Assembly: GCA_965287045.1 (NCBI GenBank)
Contig: OZ336882.1
Span: 56,668,001 to 56,732,000, forward strand
Direction: 5' to 3'
Length of the DNA stretch: 64,000 nucleotides
Source: Carcharhinus amblyrhynchos
Lineage: Eukaryota
Shown one piece after another: positions 50,271-61,250 of the stretch (within the stretch, counting starts at the first letter, position 1; each line of letters opens with the position of its first letter). Under the pieces are notes generated by a model. It was not told the origin of the DNA. It worked only from the letters and a program-made list of their open reading frames with translations, and did no database searches. Made by a program: the position numbers and the translations under genes.

Positions 50271-51529
50271 ACTCACCGGGCACAGTCCAGACTGAATTCC
50301 TAGAACTGCCAGCAGTGAGGCCCTGGAAGCGATTTTATTTTAGGCTGCTCTTTAGTGACTCTCTGTGTGCCCCTAAACATGGAGGGCCAGTAGGAGGCAC
50401 TGAAAGATTAACTTCCTCACGCTCAGAGGTAGGAACTGATGGTATAGGTCGGAAGTCAAGAGGGCACCTCAAAGTGGAGAAACTCTCTGAAAACGTTTTT
50501 AAAATGTTAACATACAAAGAGCCCATAAAGGCTGTCAACATGGAGGGGGTCCACTGATCCTATGATTATCAAGGCTGTGGTGGCGAGGGGTAATAGAGGG
50601 GGACTTGACTTTAATGATCGAACACTAGTTCCCTCCAGTGTGCCATGAGGAAGCTGCTTGCATCATTTTCGGCATCAGCAGGGGATAGGTTTGCCGACTG
50701 GAAGACTCCAGATGGCAATGTTAGAGTGGCCCTAATGGGTCTAATTGACAATCTGACATTTGTTTGGGGGGGTGAGGGGGAGGGGGAGGGGGAAGGTGGT
50801 GGTGGGATAGCCATTTCCCCTTCGAACTGGCATGTTTAAAAATGATCCAGAAGCAGAAACATGCTGGCGAACTGGTATGTCAGCCAGTGACATGCAATTG
50901 TGGGCCCATTTCAACAGTCATTTGAAAATTCAGCTCATTAACTCGGTTTCTCTCTCCAATCAGACCTGCTGGCTATTTCCAGCATTTTCCAGTTTTACTT
51001 CCTTTAAAATGGAAACCATCTGCTCCTCAGGATTTGTCAATCTTCAGTGCCATTATTTTCTTCATTACTGTCACTTGGTGAGTCTCCATCCCCGATTCAG
51101 TATTTGTTTCTTGGGATGTCTGGCATACTGACCTCTTCCTATACTGTAGATACTGCTGTGAGGTAATTATTCAACACACCCACCATTTCCTTATTTTTGT
51201 GAACAGTATTGTATGGTCAGTTCTAAAAATTCCATGCCTCAACACCCAATTTTCCTAATATAATTGAAAATGATTTTTGGTGTTAATTTCGATCTTCTGG
51301 AGTTTGTTGTCCAAATGCATTGTCATGTTTCAACAGTGTTAGCACAAGGAGACAGACCTTGAGCCTGCCTCAGCCTAAACAGAGGTCAAACTTAATGCTG
51401 TTAGCACTAATCATAGAAACCCCATAGTGCGGAAAGAGGCCATTTGGCCCATCGGGTCTGTACTGACAACAACCCGACCAAGGCCCTAACCCCAAATATT
51501 TACTCTGCTAATCCCTCTAACATACACAT

Positions 51530-52070
51530 CCCAGGCCTTGTGTATCTTCGGGAGGTAGTAGAGATCTCCAAGCAGGCAGTACGTGGGATGAGAGCACCGA
51601 GGGTGCTCTGAAGGTCCGGATCAAAGGTCTTGATCAGTCTGCTGAGATGGCGGGTGTGTTCTTTCGTCGGATTTGCAGGTAAATGTCTGTAGTGTTCCTG
51701 GTTGTTAAGTTGTCGGTACACTTCTTTGCAGTAATCCATTCTGTTCAGTATGAAGGTGACCCCTCCTTTGTCTGCTGGTTTAATGACAATGTTGTGGTTG
51801 GTCTTGAGAGTGCGGATGGCATTGTGTTGTGCTTGGATGATGTTCAAGGCTGTCTTGTGAGTGCAGCAGATGAATCTGGCATTGATGCATCTCCTGACGG
51901 CTTGGGCAAACATGTCGAATTGAGGGCAGCGGCCTTCCAAATTCCAGTTTGACTCTTTCTTCTTTGGTTGCTGCACCGCGAATCTCTCTGTTCTGGTTCA
52001 TTGGCTGTCTCATTGGGTTCACTGTTAGCCTCTTGAGGTTTATGGAAGAACTCCTGAGGCTTCATTTGCC
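51530..52070 (-). mobile_element. Penelope-like element ORF fragment (region N-terminal to the RT core)
   Basis: NIVIKPADKGGVTFILNRMDYCKEVYRQLNNQEHY carries the PLE-characteristic DKG motif. Confidence 0.85.
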
Positions 52071-54489
52071 TGATGAATGTCCACTGGTGGAGTCCTGGCG
52101 CAATGGCCATGCTGAGGGGCTTGGAGGTGATTGAAGCCTCTGACCAGTTAGGGGCAGGCCAGGCAATGCCCATCGGGTAGTACCCACCTAGTAGTTCCCA
52201 CATGGCACTCTGACAGTGCCTACCTGGCATCCTGGCTTTGCCCACCTAGCACCCTGGCAGCACTGGTTTTGGCACAGCCTGTGTGCCAGAGCAATGCGTA
52301 GGGGGTAGGGTAGAGCCTGAGTGGAGTGGGGCCTGAATGGGGGCTATGTTGGGGAGGCTATGTAGAGGGGGCTATACAACAAGATCATGGGGTGTGAAGA
52401 GGGGCACATTGGGGGGGGTGGGGGGAGGGGGGCACAGTCATGATGGGGGGCATGTCAGGGGCCAGGCAGAGTAACTCCTCAGGAGTGCCCCGATGTTGGC
52501 AACCTGTGTCAAGGAGGGCATGGGAGAAAATGCCACCAATGAGGGACGGTGGGGTCCCAATGTTTGCGAAAGGCAGGGGTCTCACAATGCACTATGAGAT
52601 TGGGACGTCCTTATGAAATGGCAATGCCTGAGCACCCTGAAGCTGGGCTCACCAATATGTTTAGGCCTCACCACCCCCACTCCAAGTCTTAGCACACAAT
52701 TCTCCAAAAAAGTGATTGAGTATGAAATGATTGCAGTGCGGAGCATGACTGAAAGACCAGCAAGGATCGCTCCACAATTTTCACTGTTGTGTCACTAAGG
52801 ATGGGATTTTCCAGCCACAAGCTCCCCAAAACAGGAAATTCCCATCCAAGCTGAACAGACTTCAAAATTTTTAAACTTCCTACGATAATTCACATGGCAG
52901 ATAGAGTGGGAAATTTCCGGCCTTAGTTTTTTGAGGGAAATTTCCTTTTTAAAAGTCTGCATTTCTGGTTTTGCATGAGATTTTTGCATTATCTTTGCAA
53001 AGTCAGGAACTAAAAATGTCATAAATTACACACAGGCAACAGTAAGCACTAAAGCAAATCCATAAAGAGGGCTTTTTTTTAAATCAATAGTTCCTTGTTT
53101 AACAAGGGCCATCTATTGAATATAGATTTTCAAATACATTTGTGATAGTTATGGCCTGGATTTTATGACAATAATGAAAAAGATATCATTTCGCACCACT
53201 TTTTTTTAAGGGTAAATCAAACAGCAATTTCTGGTGTCTGGACGTAGAAAATTAAGCATGAAAACCAGAAGTTACTGTCAAAAATACCCAGATCCTCCAC
53301 TGGGTGTGCTCTTGCAAACTCACTGGTGGACTTGGCACTGAAACTATTGCAAGCGCCTGAACTTGCCGTAGTTCCACAGTAAAAATGTCTGAAAATATCA
53401 GGCTGGCACATTGAGTAAATAACTTCTTAATGCCATGATAACTGTTAATTATAGTTGATCAACCTCTCAGGCTCCGAAAAATAAATTTCAGAAGTGTGGC
53501 ATCTCATTCTCGCAGACGAAAATAAGCCAGATTTTTTCTTTAATTAAAATATTTTTTCTGTCTGTCTCTTTCATCTCTTTCCCTTAATTCTACGTGTACT
53601 TCTCAATCATTTTTTACTTTCTGTACATCACTGAGGAGAAGAAGCAAATCACACTCAGAAGAGGCTAATTTTTCTGTTTAGGAGCAAAGGAGACAGGTGT
53701 TCTTGAAGGCAATGTGGAAGCTGGCTAAAAAGGTCTAAAACCTGGAATGCTACCATACACTCTGAAGGAGAATGTTCGTCCTCGTGCAAGTTGTGCCTTT
53801 GTTGTATCATCCAATTAAAGTGAAAATTGTCTTTTTATTTAATGCAACATTAAATTCATGTAATTGGCATCGGTTCTGATTTGTGTTAAAGTAAAAGTTA
53901 GAAAAAAGTGAAATCTTGTTGGTAATTATTTCGGAGTCAGTCAGTGAATGTTGTTTTATTGGTTGGTGGTTTCCCTATAGGGATTGTAACAACGATGACA
54001 TCTTCTCCATATGGGAAGACATGATTCAATTTATAACGATACCATCCCCATGCGTTGCAGTGGTATTTGTGGCCTCTAAGAATGGCCACTCTTCATACTG
54101 ACCACACTCACCCATCAACATGCACATCAAAAAGCCAAGCATTCATTTCATTTTGTTGTTTGTGGGACCTTGGCATTTACATTAGCTTCCACATTTAGCT
54201 ATATTCTGTAGAAAGTTCGTACAGGTCTAAAATGTTAACCGTGTTTTTCTCTCTCCACTAATGCTGTCAGACTTGTTGAGTTTGTCCAGTTTTCTGTTTT
54301 CAGTACGTAGGAGGCCTAACTACACTGACAAGGGAAAATACATTAGAACCTATACGATTCCAAGCAGATGTGTGTCCTCGATTTGTTTCTGTAACAAGGT
54401 CCCCCTTCCTGGAAGTATGGGTGAAGTCTCAGATTATTGAGGCAATGGATAAGAAATCATAGAATAATGGAATAATTTTTTTTGTTACT

Positions 54490-55080
54490 CTTTCATGTGG
54501 TGTGGATGTTGACTGGCAAGGCCAGCATTTGTTGCTCAGTATCTTGAACTGATGGATTGCCAAGCTGTTTCAGGGGGCATTTAAGAGTCAACCTCATTGC
54601 AGTGGATTTGGAGTTAAATGTAGGCCAGACAAGGTACAGGGTATTTGTGAATCAGACGGGTTTTTCCAACAACTCAGTTGTCATGTATTACTGAGACTAA
54701 TTTTATATTCAAAATTTATAAACTAAATGTAAATTCTACCAGCTCCTATGGTGAGATTTGAACCCATATCTCCAAAGCATTGCCATGGTGTTGTATGGTG
54801 TTAGATACCACTTAGCATGTCTTAATGAAGTTTTTGTTGAATTCTGTTGGTTAACTGCACATAATTACTAATTACAAGAACTATACATGTGTAACAAAAA
54901 AGGGTTCAAGCTTGGAACTGTCTCCATGCTTGCTTATGCACACAGCTCTGTTTAACATCAGACTGACTCCTGGGTGCAGGTTCTCCTATATGTGTGAGTG
55001 ATATTGTACTTAGTCCCATATTAGCCTATTTTTACCAGTCCCTTATACTATACCTAAGTCTTTGGATTATTAGTCCAAAA
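54490..55080 (-). mobile_element. tRNA-head SINE interrupted by an LTR-like insert (~54789-55052)
   Basis: gagtcaacctcattgcagtggatttggagttaaatgtaggccagac...gagatttgaaccc; resumes ctttggattattagtcc at ~55060. Confidence 0.55.
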
Positions 55081-57057
55081 TCTCATTCCTTGAGCCCACT
55101 GGGTCATGGCCTATAGTTTGGGAACTCCTGCAATGGAGCCTGTCCCTGGATTCTCTTCTCTGAGGCCACATTTAAAATGGTAGTAAACAAGTCTGGGGGT
55201 TAACCCAGATATAAAATGGTCAGGAGATAGGCTTGTTAAAACAGAGAAGAATGACACATTATGTCACTTAGGAAAAGATAACACCATAAATGAGATGCTT
55301 TAAGTTGACACCATGAATTTAGGCACTCAGAAATTTCTAGAACTATACAATGAACATTTGTGAAATCGGAGAAATTTACTACTTTGAAAAACGTTTGTCT
55401 CTAGGCCTCCAGCAAGCAGCGCATTTCTGCACCAAACTAATTGAAGCCTTCTGCATGACATATTAATGACAAGAACTGAGTCATCTTAATTTCAGTGAAT
55501 TCCCTTCCTGTGGGAACATGTAATACACAATTCACTATCCATGACCAGTGGATAGATGGGTGGATTTCTACCCCATGATGGAAAGCTCCAGCCTGAAGCT
55601 TAAAACATAAACATGGCTCCTTTGTACCTATTGCCCCTCCTCATCTAACTCAAAACATGATAAAACACTCAGCAGCAAGTGCCAGTGGCTGAAAAGCAGC
55701 TGATGCTGTATCTACAATTCTTATCACAACAGCTGTGGCGAATGGCACTTATCCAAACCATTAGCTCCCCTCTGCTGGATTTAACCGTGTGTGCACCTCT
55801 TACAAGCAGAGAGGATGGGAGTGATAACGCCACAGACACAAAGCAGTCAAAAGGAAGGGGTCAGTCGAAGATAGGTGGAAGCTGAGCAGAAAATTAACTT
55901 TCTCAGCCTCCAGTATGCAATCTGAAAATAGTGGGGATCGCCACCACCCACAAGTTTAGACTTTTGACTGGAAGGAAAAATAGTAATCATCTTCTCACCA
56001 GCTCTTATGCCAAGATTGTTATCTGGCAATTAAATTAAATTGAATTGCTTTGATCTTAATTGAAGTAATGGCATTTGAAGGCATCGATTGAAACCATGTA
56101 AAAATATCATTTTAGGCTCATTCCAGTACAGCCTCATTGACTTAGAATTGTTTCACAAACAGCCATGAAAATGCTGATTTATTGAATGCAGGATTGTCTT
56201 GTTGGCCATTCCAGAAAGTCACTGAACTTTTGGGTTGGCCTTGTATAGCTCAGCTTACTTGCAAAATTGCAATCTCCATGCAAAATTTGGGAAATTGAAT
56301 GCCCTCCCCTGTGGCAAGTTTGGTGTTGGAGGGAGTTTCATCTGGTGAGGGGCTGTTGGAGGCCACTGCAACTTTCCTGCCTCCACCCTTGTGCATGGTC
56401 TTCCTGCCCAGCTGCCAATTGAAGCCTTAGAGGGCAATTAATGCCCATTTAAGGATCTCAACCTGCTGCTGCTGGTATTTACCCACTGGCAGGCAAGGCA
56501 GTTCTCATGCACAACAAGCAAGCCCATGAGGGATTGTTTCCAGACTTTTAGAGGGGGATTTCTTTTCAAAAATGCCCAGGCCCTTATTGATGGGCCTGGC
56601 ATCTGGGAGTCTGCTGTTAAGCCATTGCCTGCCTTTGCTACCAACCTTCATTCCCCAAACCTCCCCCCACACCCCACCACCCCTCAACATCTGCCAAAAC
56701 TTCCTGGCCAGCTGCCAATTTTGCCATCACTCACCTGTGGCCTGGGACAATGATGATTCTGGGCTTTGAGTGTGTCTTGTACCAACAGCTGCCTCCACTG
56801 CACTGGCAGAGCTACTGCTCAATGGAGCTGCCAACGTCTGATTAGCTGGCAGAGGTTGGGAATTCTGCCCTGGGGTTCATGTACACAGTGGGCCTGGTGC
56901 TGTTCAGGTAAGAGCCTGAGTGGCAGATGATGCAGCAAAACATCCCACAAAGAGGTGACCAGTAGCTCTCAAGCCAGCGGATGAGATCCCCATCACCTCC
57001 AGCGTGTCAGGCTTGGTGGGCCATGCTATAGAAATAGCACCAGAAAAGTGCCAAGAC

Positions 57058-57406
57058 AACGGCACAGTGGCCACTGCTGCTTCACCCAGTCATCAACCCG
57101 GGTTTGATTCCCGGCGCGGGTCACTGTCTGTATGGGGTTTGTACATTCTCCTCGTGTCTGCATGGGTTTCCTCCGAGTGCTCCAGTTTCCTCCCACACTG
57201 CAAAGATGTGCAGGTTAGGTGGATTGGCCATGTTAATTTGCCCCTTCGTTTCCCAAAATGTATATGTTAGGAGGATTAGCTGGATAAATGTTTGGGACTA
57301 ACTGGGATAGCGTGGAGGGTTGGGCCTGGCAGAGATGCTCTGTCAGAGATTTGGTGCAGGTTCTGTGGGCTCAACAGCTTCTTTCTGCATTGTAGAGATT
57401 CTATGA
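57058..57406 (+). mobile_element. HE1/V-SINE-type SINE
   Basis: ggcacagtgg..cactgctgc...cccgggtttgattcccggc...gggtttcctccgagtgctccagtttcctcccacac...tgtagagattctatga. Confidence 0.85.
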
Positions 57407-57509
57407 AAAAACTGAGAATTTAATGTGTTTCGAGTCAAAATGTCTGTAAATGCACTTGGATCAATATGATTTTTGCTTTTGTTGCCTGATCTGATTGTAT
57501 GAGAGAATC

Positions 57510-59160
57510 TTGATTTGATTTGATTTATTATTGTCACATGTATTAACATACAGTGAAAAATATTGTTTCTTGTGTGCTGTACAGACAAAGCATACCGTTC
57601 ATTGCGAAGGAAGTGAGACAGTGCGGAATGTAGTGTAACAGTCATAGCTAGGGTGTAGAGAAAGATCAACTTAATGCAAGGTAAATCCATTCAAAAGTCT
57701 GACAGCAGCAGGGAAGAAGCTGTTCTTGAGTTGGTTGGTACGTGACCTCAGAATTTTGTATCTTTTTCCCGAAGGAAGAAGGTGGAAAAGAGAATGTCTG
57801 AGGTGTGTGGGGTCCTTAATTATGCTGGCTGCTTTGCCGAGGCAGCGGGAATTGTAGACAGAGTCAATGGATGGGAGGCTGGCTTCAGTGATGGATTGGC
57901 TATACTCATGACTTTTGTAGTTCCTTGCGGTCTTGAGCAGAGTAGGAGGGATATCAAGCTGTGATACAACCAGAAAGAATGCTTTCTATGGTGCATCTGT
58001 AAAAGTTGGTGAGAGTTGTAGCTGACGTGTCAAATTTCCTTAGTCTTCTGAGAAAGTAGAGGCATTGGTGGGCTTTCTTAACTATAATGTCAGAATAGGG
58101 GAACCAGGACAAGTTGTTGGTGATCTAGGCACCTAAAAACTTGAAGTTTTCTACTTCATCCCCATTAATGAAGACAGGGGCATGTTCTCCTTTACGCTTC
58201 CTGAAGTCGATGACAATCTCCTTTGTTTTGTTGACATTGAGGGAGAGATTATTGTTGCCGCATCAGTTCACCAGATTCTCTATCTCATCCCTGTACTCTG
58301 TCTCATCATTGTTTGAGATCTGATCCCCTATGGTAGCGTCGTCAGCAAACTTGAAAATTGAACTGGAGGGGAATTTAGCCACACCCCACAAGTGTTTGAT
58401 GAGTATAGTGGGGGGCTGAGATCACAGCCTGGTGGGACACGGGTGTTGAGGATGATCTTGGAGGAAGTGTTGTTGCCTATCCTTATTGATTGTGGTCTGT
58501 GAATTAGGAAGTTCAGGATCAGTCACAGAGGGAGGTGTCAAGGCTCAGGCCATGGAGTTTGGAGATGAGTTTCATGGGAATAATGGTATTTAAGGCTGAG
58601 CTGTAGTCCTTAAAAGGAGTTTGATATAGGTGTCCTTGTTGTCTAGGTGTTCCAGGGTTGAGTGCAGGGCCAGGGAAATGGTATCTGCTGTGGACCTGTT
58701 GCGGCGGTAAGCAAACTATAATGGATCCAGGTAGTCCAGGAGGCTGGAATTGATTCGTGCCATGACTAACCTTTCGAAGCACTTCATAATGATGAATGTC
58801 AGGGCCACCGGCCGATAGTCATTAAGGCACGCTGTTTGGTTTGTCTTAGGCCCTCTTGAAGCAGATAGGGACCTCAGATTGCTGCAAAGAGAGGTTGAAG
58901 ATGTTTGTGAATACTTCCGCCAGCTGATCCATGCAGGATCTAAGTGCACGTCTGGGTACCCCATCCAGGCCACTTGCCTTCCGTGGGTTGACCTTCCAAG
59001 AAAGCTGCCCTGACATCTACAATGGTGATCCCCAGATATAGGTTCATCCAGAACTTCCAGAGGAAGGGCATGCTCTTGCTGACCTCTTGTTCAAAACGGG
59101 CGTAGAATGCATTGAGGCCATCAGGGAGGGGTGCGTTGGAGCTGGCGATTTTGCATGCCT
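57510..59160 (-). mobile_element. Rex1/Babar LINE, RT region and 3' end
   Basis: [24 protein letters not shown]...LDPL and [18 protein letters not shown]; (ATCAA)n tail at 57510. Confidence 0.9.
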
Positions 59161-59966
59161 TACAATTTTACAGCATATATAGCTGTCATTCATTCCTATT
59201 GTGCCTTTTCTACTTCTTAATCTTATAACCCCAATTAACCCTGCAATTTTTTCCTTTTCAAGTGTAGATACCATTCATTTTTGAAGGTTACCATCAAACT
59301 ATTTCCACCATCCTTTCCAACATTGCATTGCAGATTATAAAAATTGCCACACCATTAAAACTCTCCTCATCTCCCCTCTGGTCCCTTTGCCACCTATTTG
59401 GTTACCAACCCTCATGCCAACGGAAGCTGGTTCTCCTTATTTACTCATTATAATCCCTCATTGTTTTGAACACCTCTACTTAGTCTTCTTTGGTTTAAGG
59501 GTAACAATCCAGCTTCTCTTTTCTATCCATATAATGGAAATAAATCCTGATAACTTTGCCAGGCACCCCCTCTCACTTATAATATTTTGCAATTGTAAAT
59601 ACAATTAAAATCAGACTGACTACGATCGAGATCTGGATTTTTAATGAACTATTCGACAGAATCGTACAATTTCAAACATTACAGAAACTATTGAGAAAGA
59701 AATCCGCAACGGGAGAGGGGTTCATCCTGAGGTGGAATGTGTTGGAGGGAAGGTTATGGATGGGGGAAGTGAGAGGAATGTTTGGGAAGAAGTGACAGTG
59801 ATTGGAGGGGATGAGGGGGCCAATTGGAGAGGGATGGTAAAGGACGAGGTTTCCGATCCCAATTGGGAAGTGTAACAAGTTTAATCAGGCAATTCAGGTT
59901 GCCCTGTTAGAGTATGAACTCCCTGATTAAGGCCAGTCAGGATATCCCTGTACTTAACCAGGGGTC

Positions 59967-60096
59967 ATGATGTGGAGATGCCGGTGCTGGACTGGGGTAA
60001 ACACAGTAAGAAGTCTGACAACACCAGGTTTAAGTCCAACCGATTTATTTGATAGTAAACTCACAAGCTTTCGGGGTTTGTCACTTCGTCAGGTGA
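59967..60096 (-). mobile_element. Penelope-like 3' end (pLTR) with hammerhead-like motif
   Basis: Homologous to 17475-17540 and 22656-22778; reverse strand 60096-60061 reads tcac-CTGACGA-agtgacaaacccc-GAAA-gctt-gtga. Confidence 0.8.
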
Positions 60097-60097
60097 A

Positions 60098-60828
60098 TTA
60101 CCCTACTGATGATAAAGGTGCAACAGTAGGATTCACTGGTTTGCGGGCTCCCGAGACTGCTCTTTCTGTGGCCTTGTGGAATCCGTGGACCACGTCTACG
60201 TTTTGTGTTATAGATTGCACTCCCTTTTTGATTTTCTGAAGAACCTTTTATTGATGTTCTGTTTGCATTTCAGTCCCACGCTCCTGATCTACGGACACCC
60301 GGTGCGGAGAGGGGAGGGTCGGGATGCCGATCTCCTCGTGAACCTGCTCCTGGGCCTGGTGAAATGCGCCATCAACAGGTCCAGGCAGCAGGCGATTGAC
60401 GGGGCCGTCCGTCCCGACTGCCTGCCCCTCTACCGCGGCTACGTTCGCGGCCGGGTGTCCCTGGAGAGGGAGCACGCGGTGTCTGTGGGCACTGTCGAGG
60501 CCTTCCGTGCCCATTGGGCACCGCAGGGGCTGAGGTGCCTTATAGACCCCGACAATCACATTTTGATTTGACGTGTCTTAAGTTTCCTTTGTACTTTTTG
60601 TTTCTGTTCGGGCCGTTCCTCCTCCTTTTGGGGAGCTGCCCCCTTATTCTTTGTCCGAACGTAATTTAAGTTTGTTTACTTGGTTCGACCCGCAAGAATA
60701 TGATAAAGGTGTTGTTGCAACAGTAATCCTCAGTACGAGAGGAACCTCCGGTGTATATGCTTGGCTGAGGAGCCAATGGTGCGAAGTTACTATTTGTGGG
60801 ATTATGACTAAACAGAATCATGCCTAAA
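60098..60828 (+). pseudogene. Diverged 28S rRNA 3'-domain fragment including the sarcin-ricin loop, split by the Tx1 insert
   Basis: ttaccctactgatgat (60098) then gtgttgttgcaacagtaatcct, AGTACGAGAGGAACC (60732-60746), ggtgtatatgcttggctgaggagccaatggtgcgaag, tgtgggattatgact; short internal deletions. Confidence 0.85.
60121..60699 (+). mobile_element. Young 5'-truncated Tx1/L1-clade LINE (ORF2 C-terminus and 3' UTR)
   Basis: Uninterrupted CpG-rich frame 60119-60571 with CSFCGLVESVDHVYVLC (CX2CX7HX4C knuckle) and LLVNLLLGLVKCAINRSR; 12-bp direct repeat atgataaaggtg at 60109-60120 and 60700-60711. Confidence 0.85.
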
Positions 60829-61040
60829 AGAATACCAGAGTGATCCACACTGGTTCCTCAGGCGTGGTCCAGGTGTCAATCATCCCACACTCAGTCACTT
60901 TCTGGGACAGTGGTGAGTTGTGGTGAGTTGCGCTGAGTGGGGGTGGGGTGGGGTTCGTGGGCTTAAACATGCCACTGAGACTGGCTTCAGACCGCTCAGG
61001 CGTCATTTCACCAGGACACCCCAATCTCACAGTGCACTGG

Positions 61041-61250
61041 GAGAACATAAGAACTAGGAGCTGGAGTAGGCCATCTGGCCTCTCGAGCCTGCTCCACCAT
61101 TCAATAAGATCATAGCTGATCTTTTTAGGACCCAGCTCCACTTACCCGCCCACTCAGCTTAATTCCTTTACTGTTCAAAAATTTATCTATCCTTGTCTTA
61201 AAAACATTCAGTGAGGTAGCCTCAACTGCTTCACTGGGGAGGGAATACCA
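61041..61250 (-). mobile_element. CR1 LINE 3' end
   Basis: gaacataagaactaggagctggagtaggccatctggcc.ctcgagcctgctccaccattcaataagatcatagctgat. Confidence 0.8.

Noticed and set aside
57058-57130. tRNA-like A/B boxes here and in other SINE heads
   Set aside because: SINE heads rather than tRNA genes; no intact cloverleaf
60700-60828. Functional 28S rRNA gene
   Set aside because: Only ~150 bp in total, with deletions and an insertion, and no other rDNA sequence
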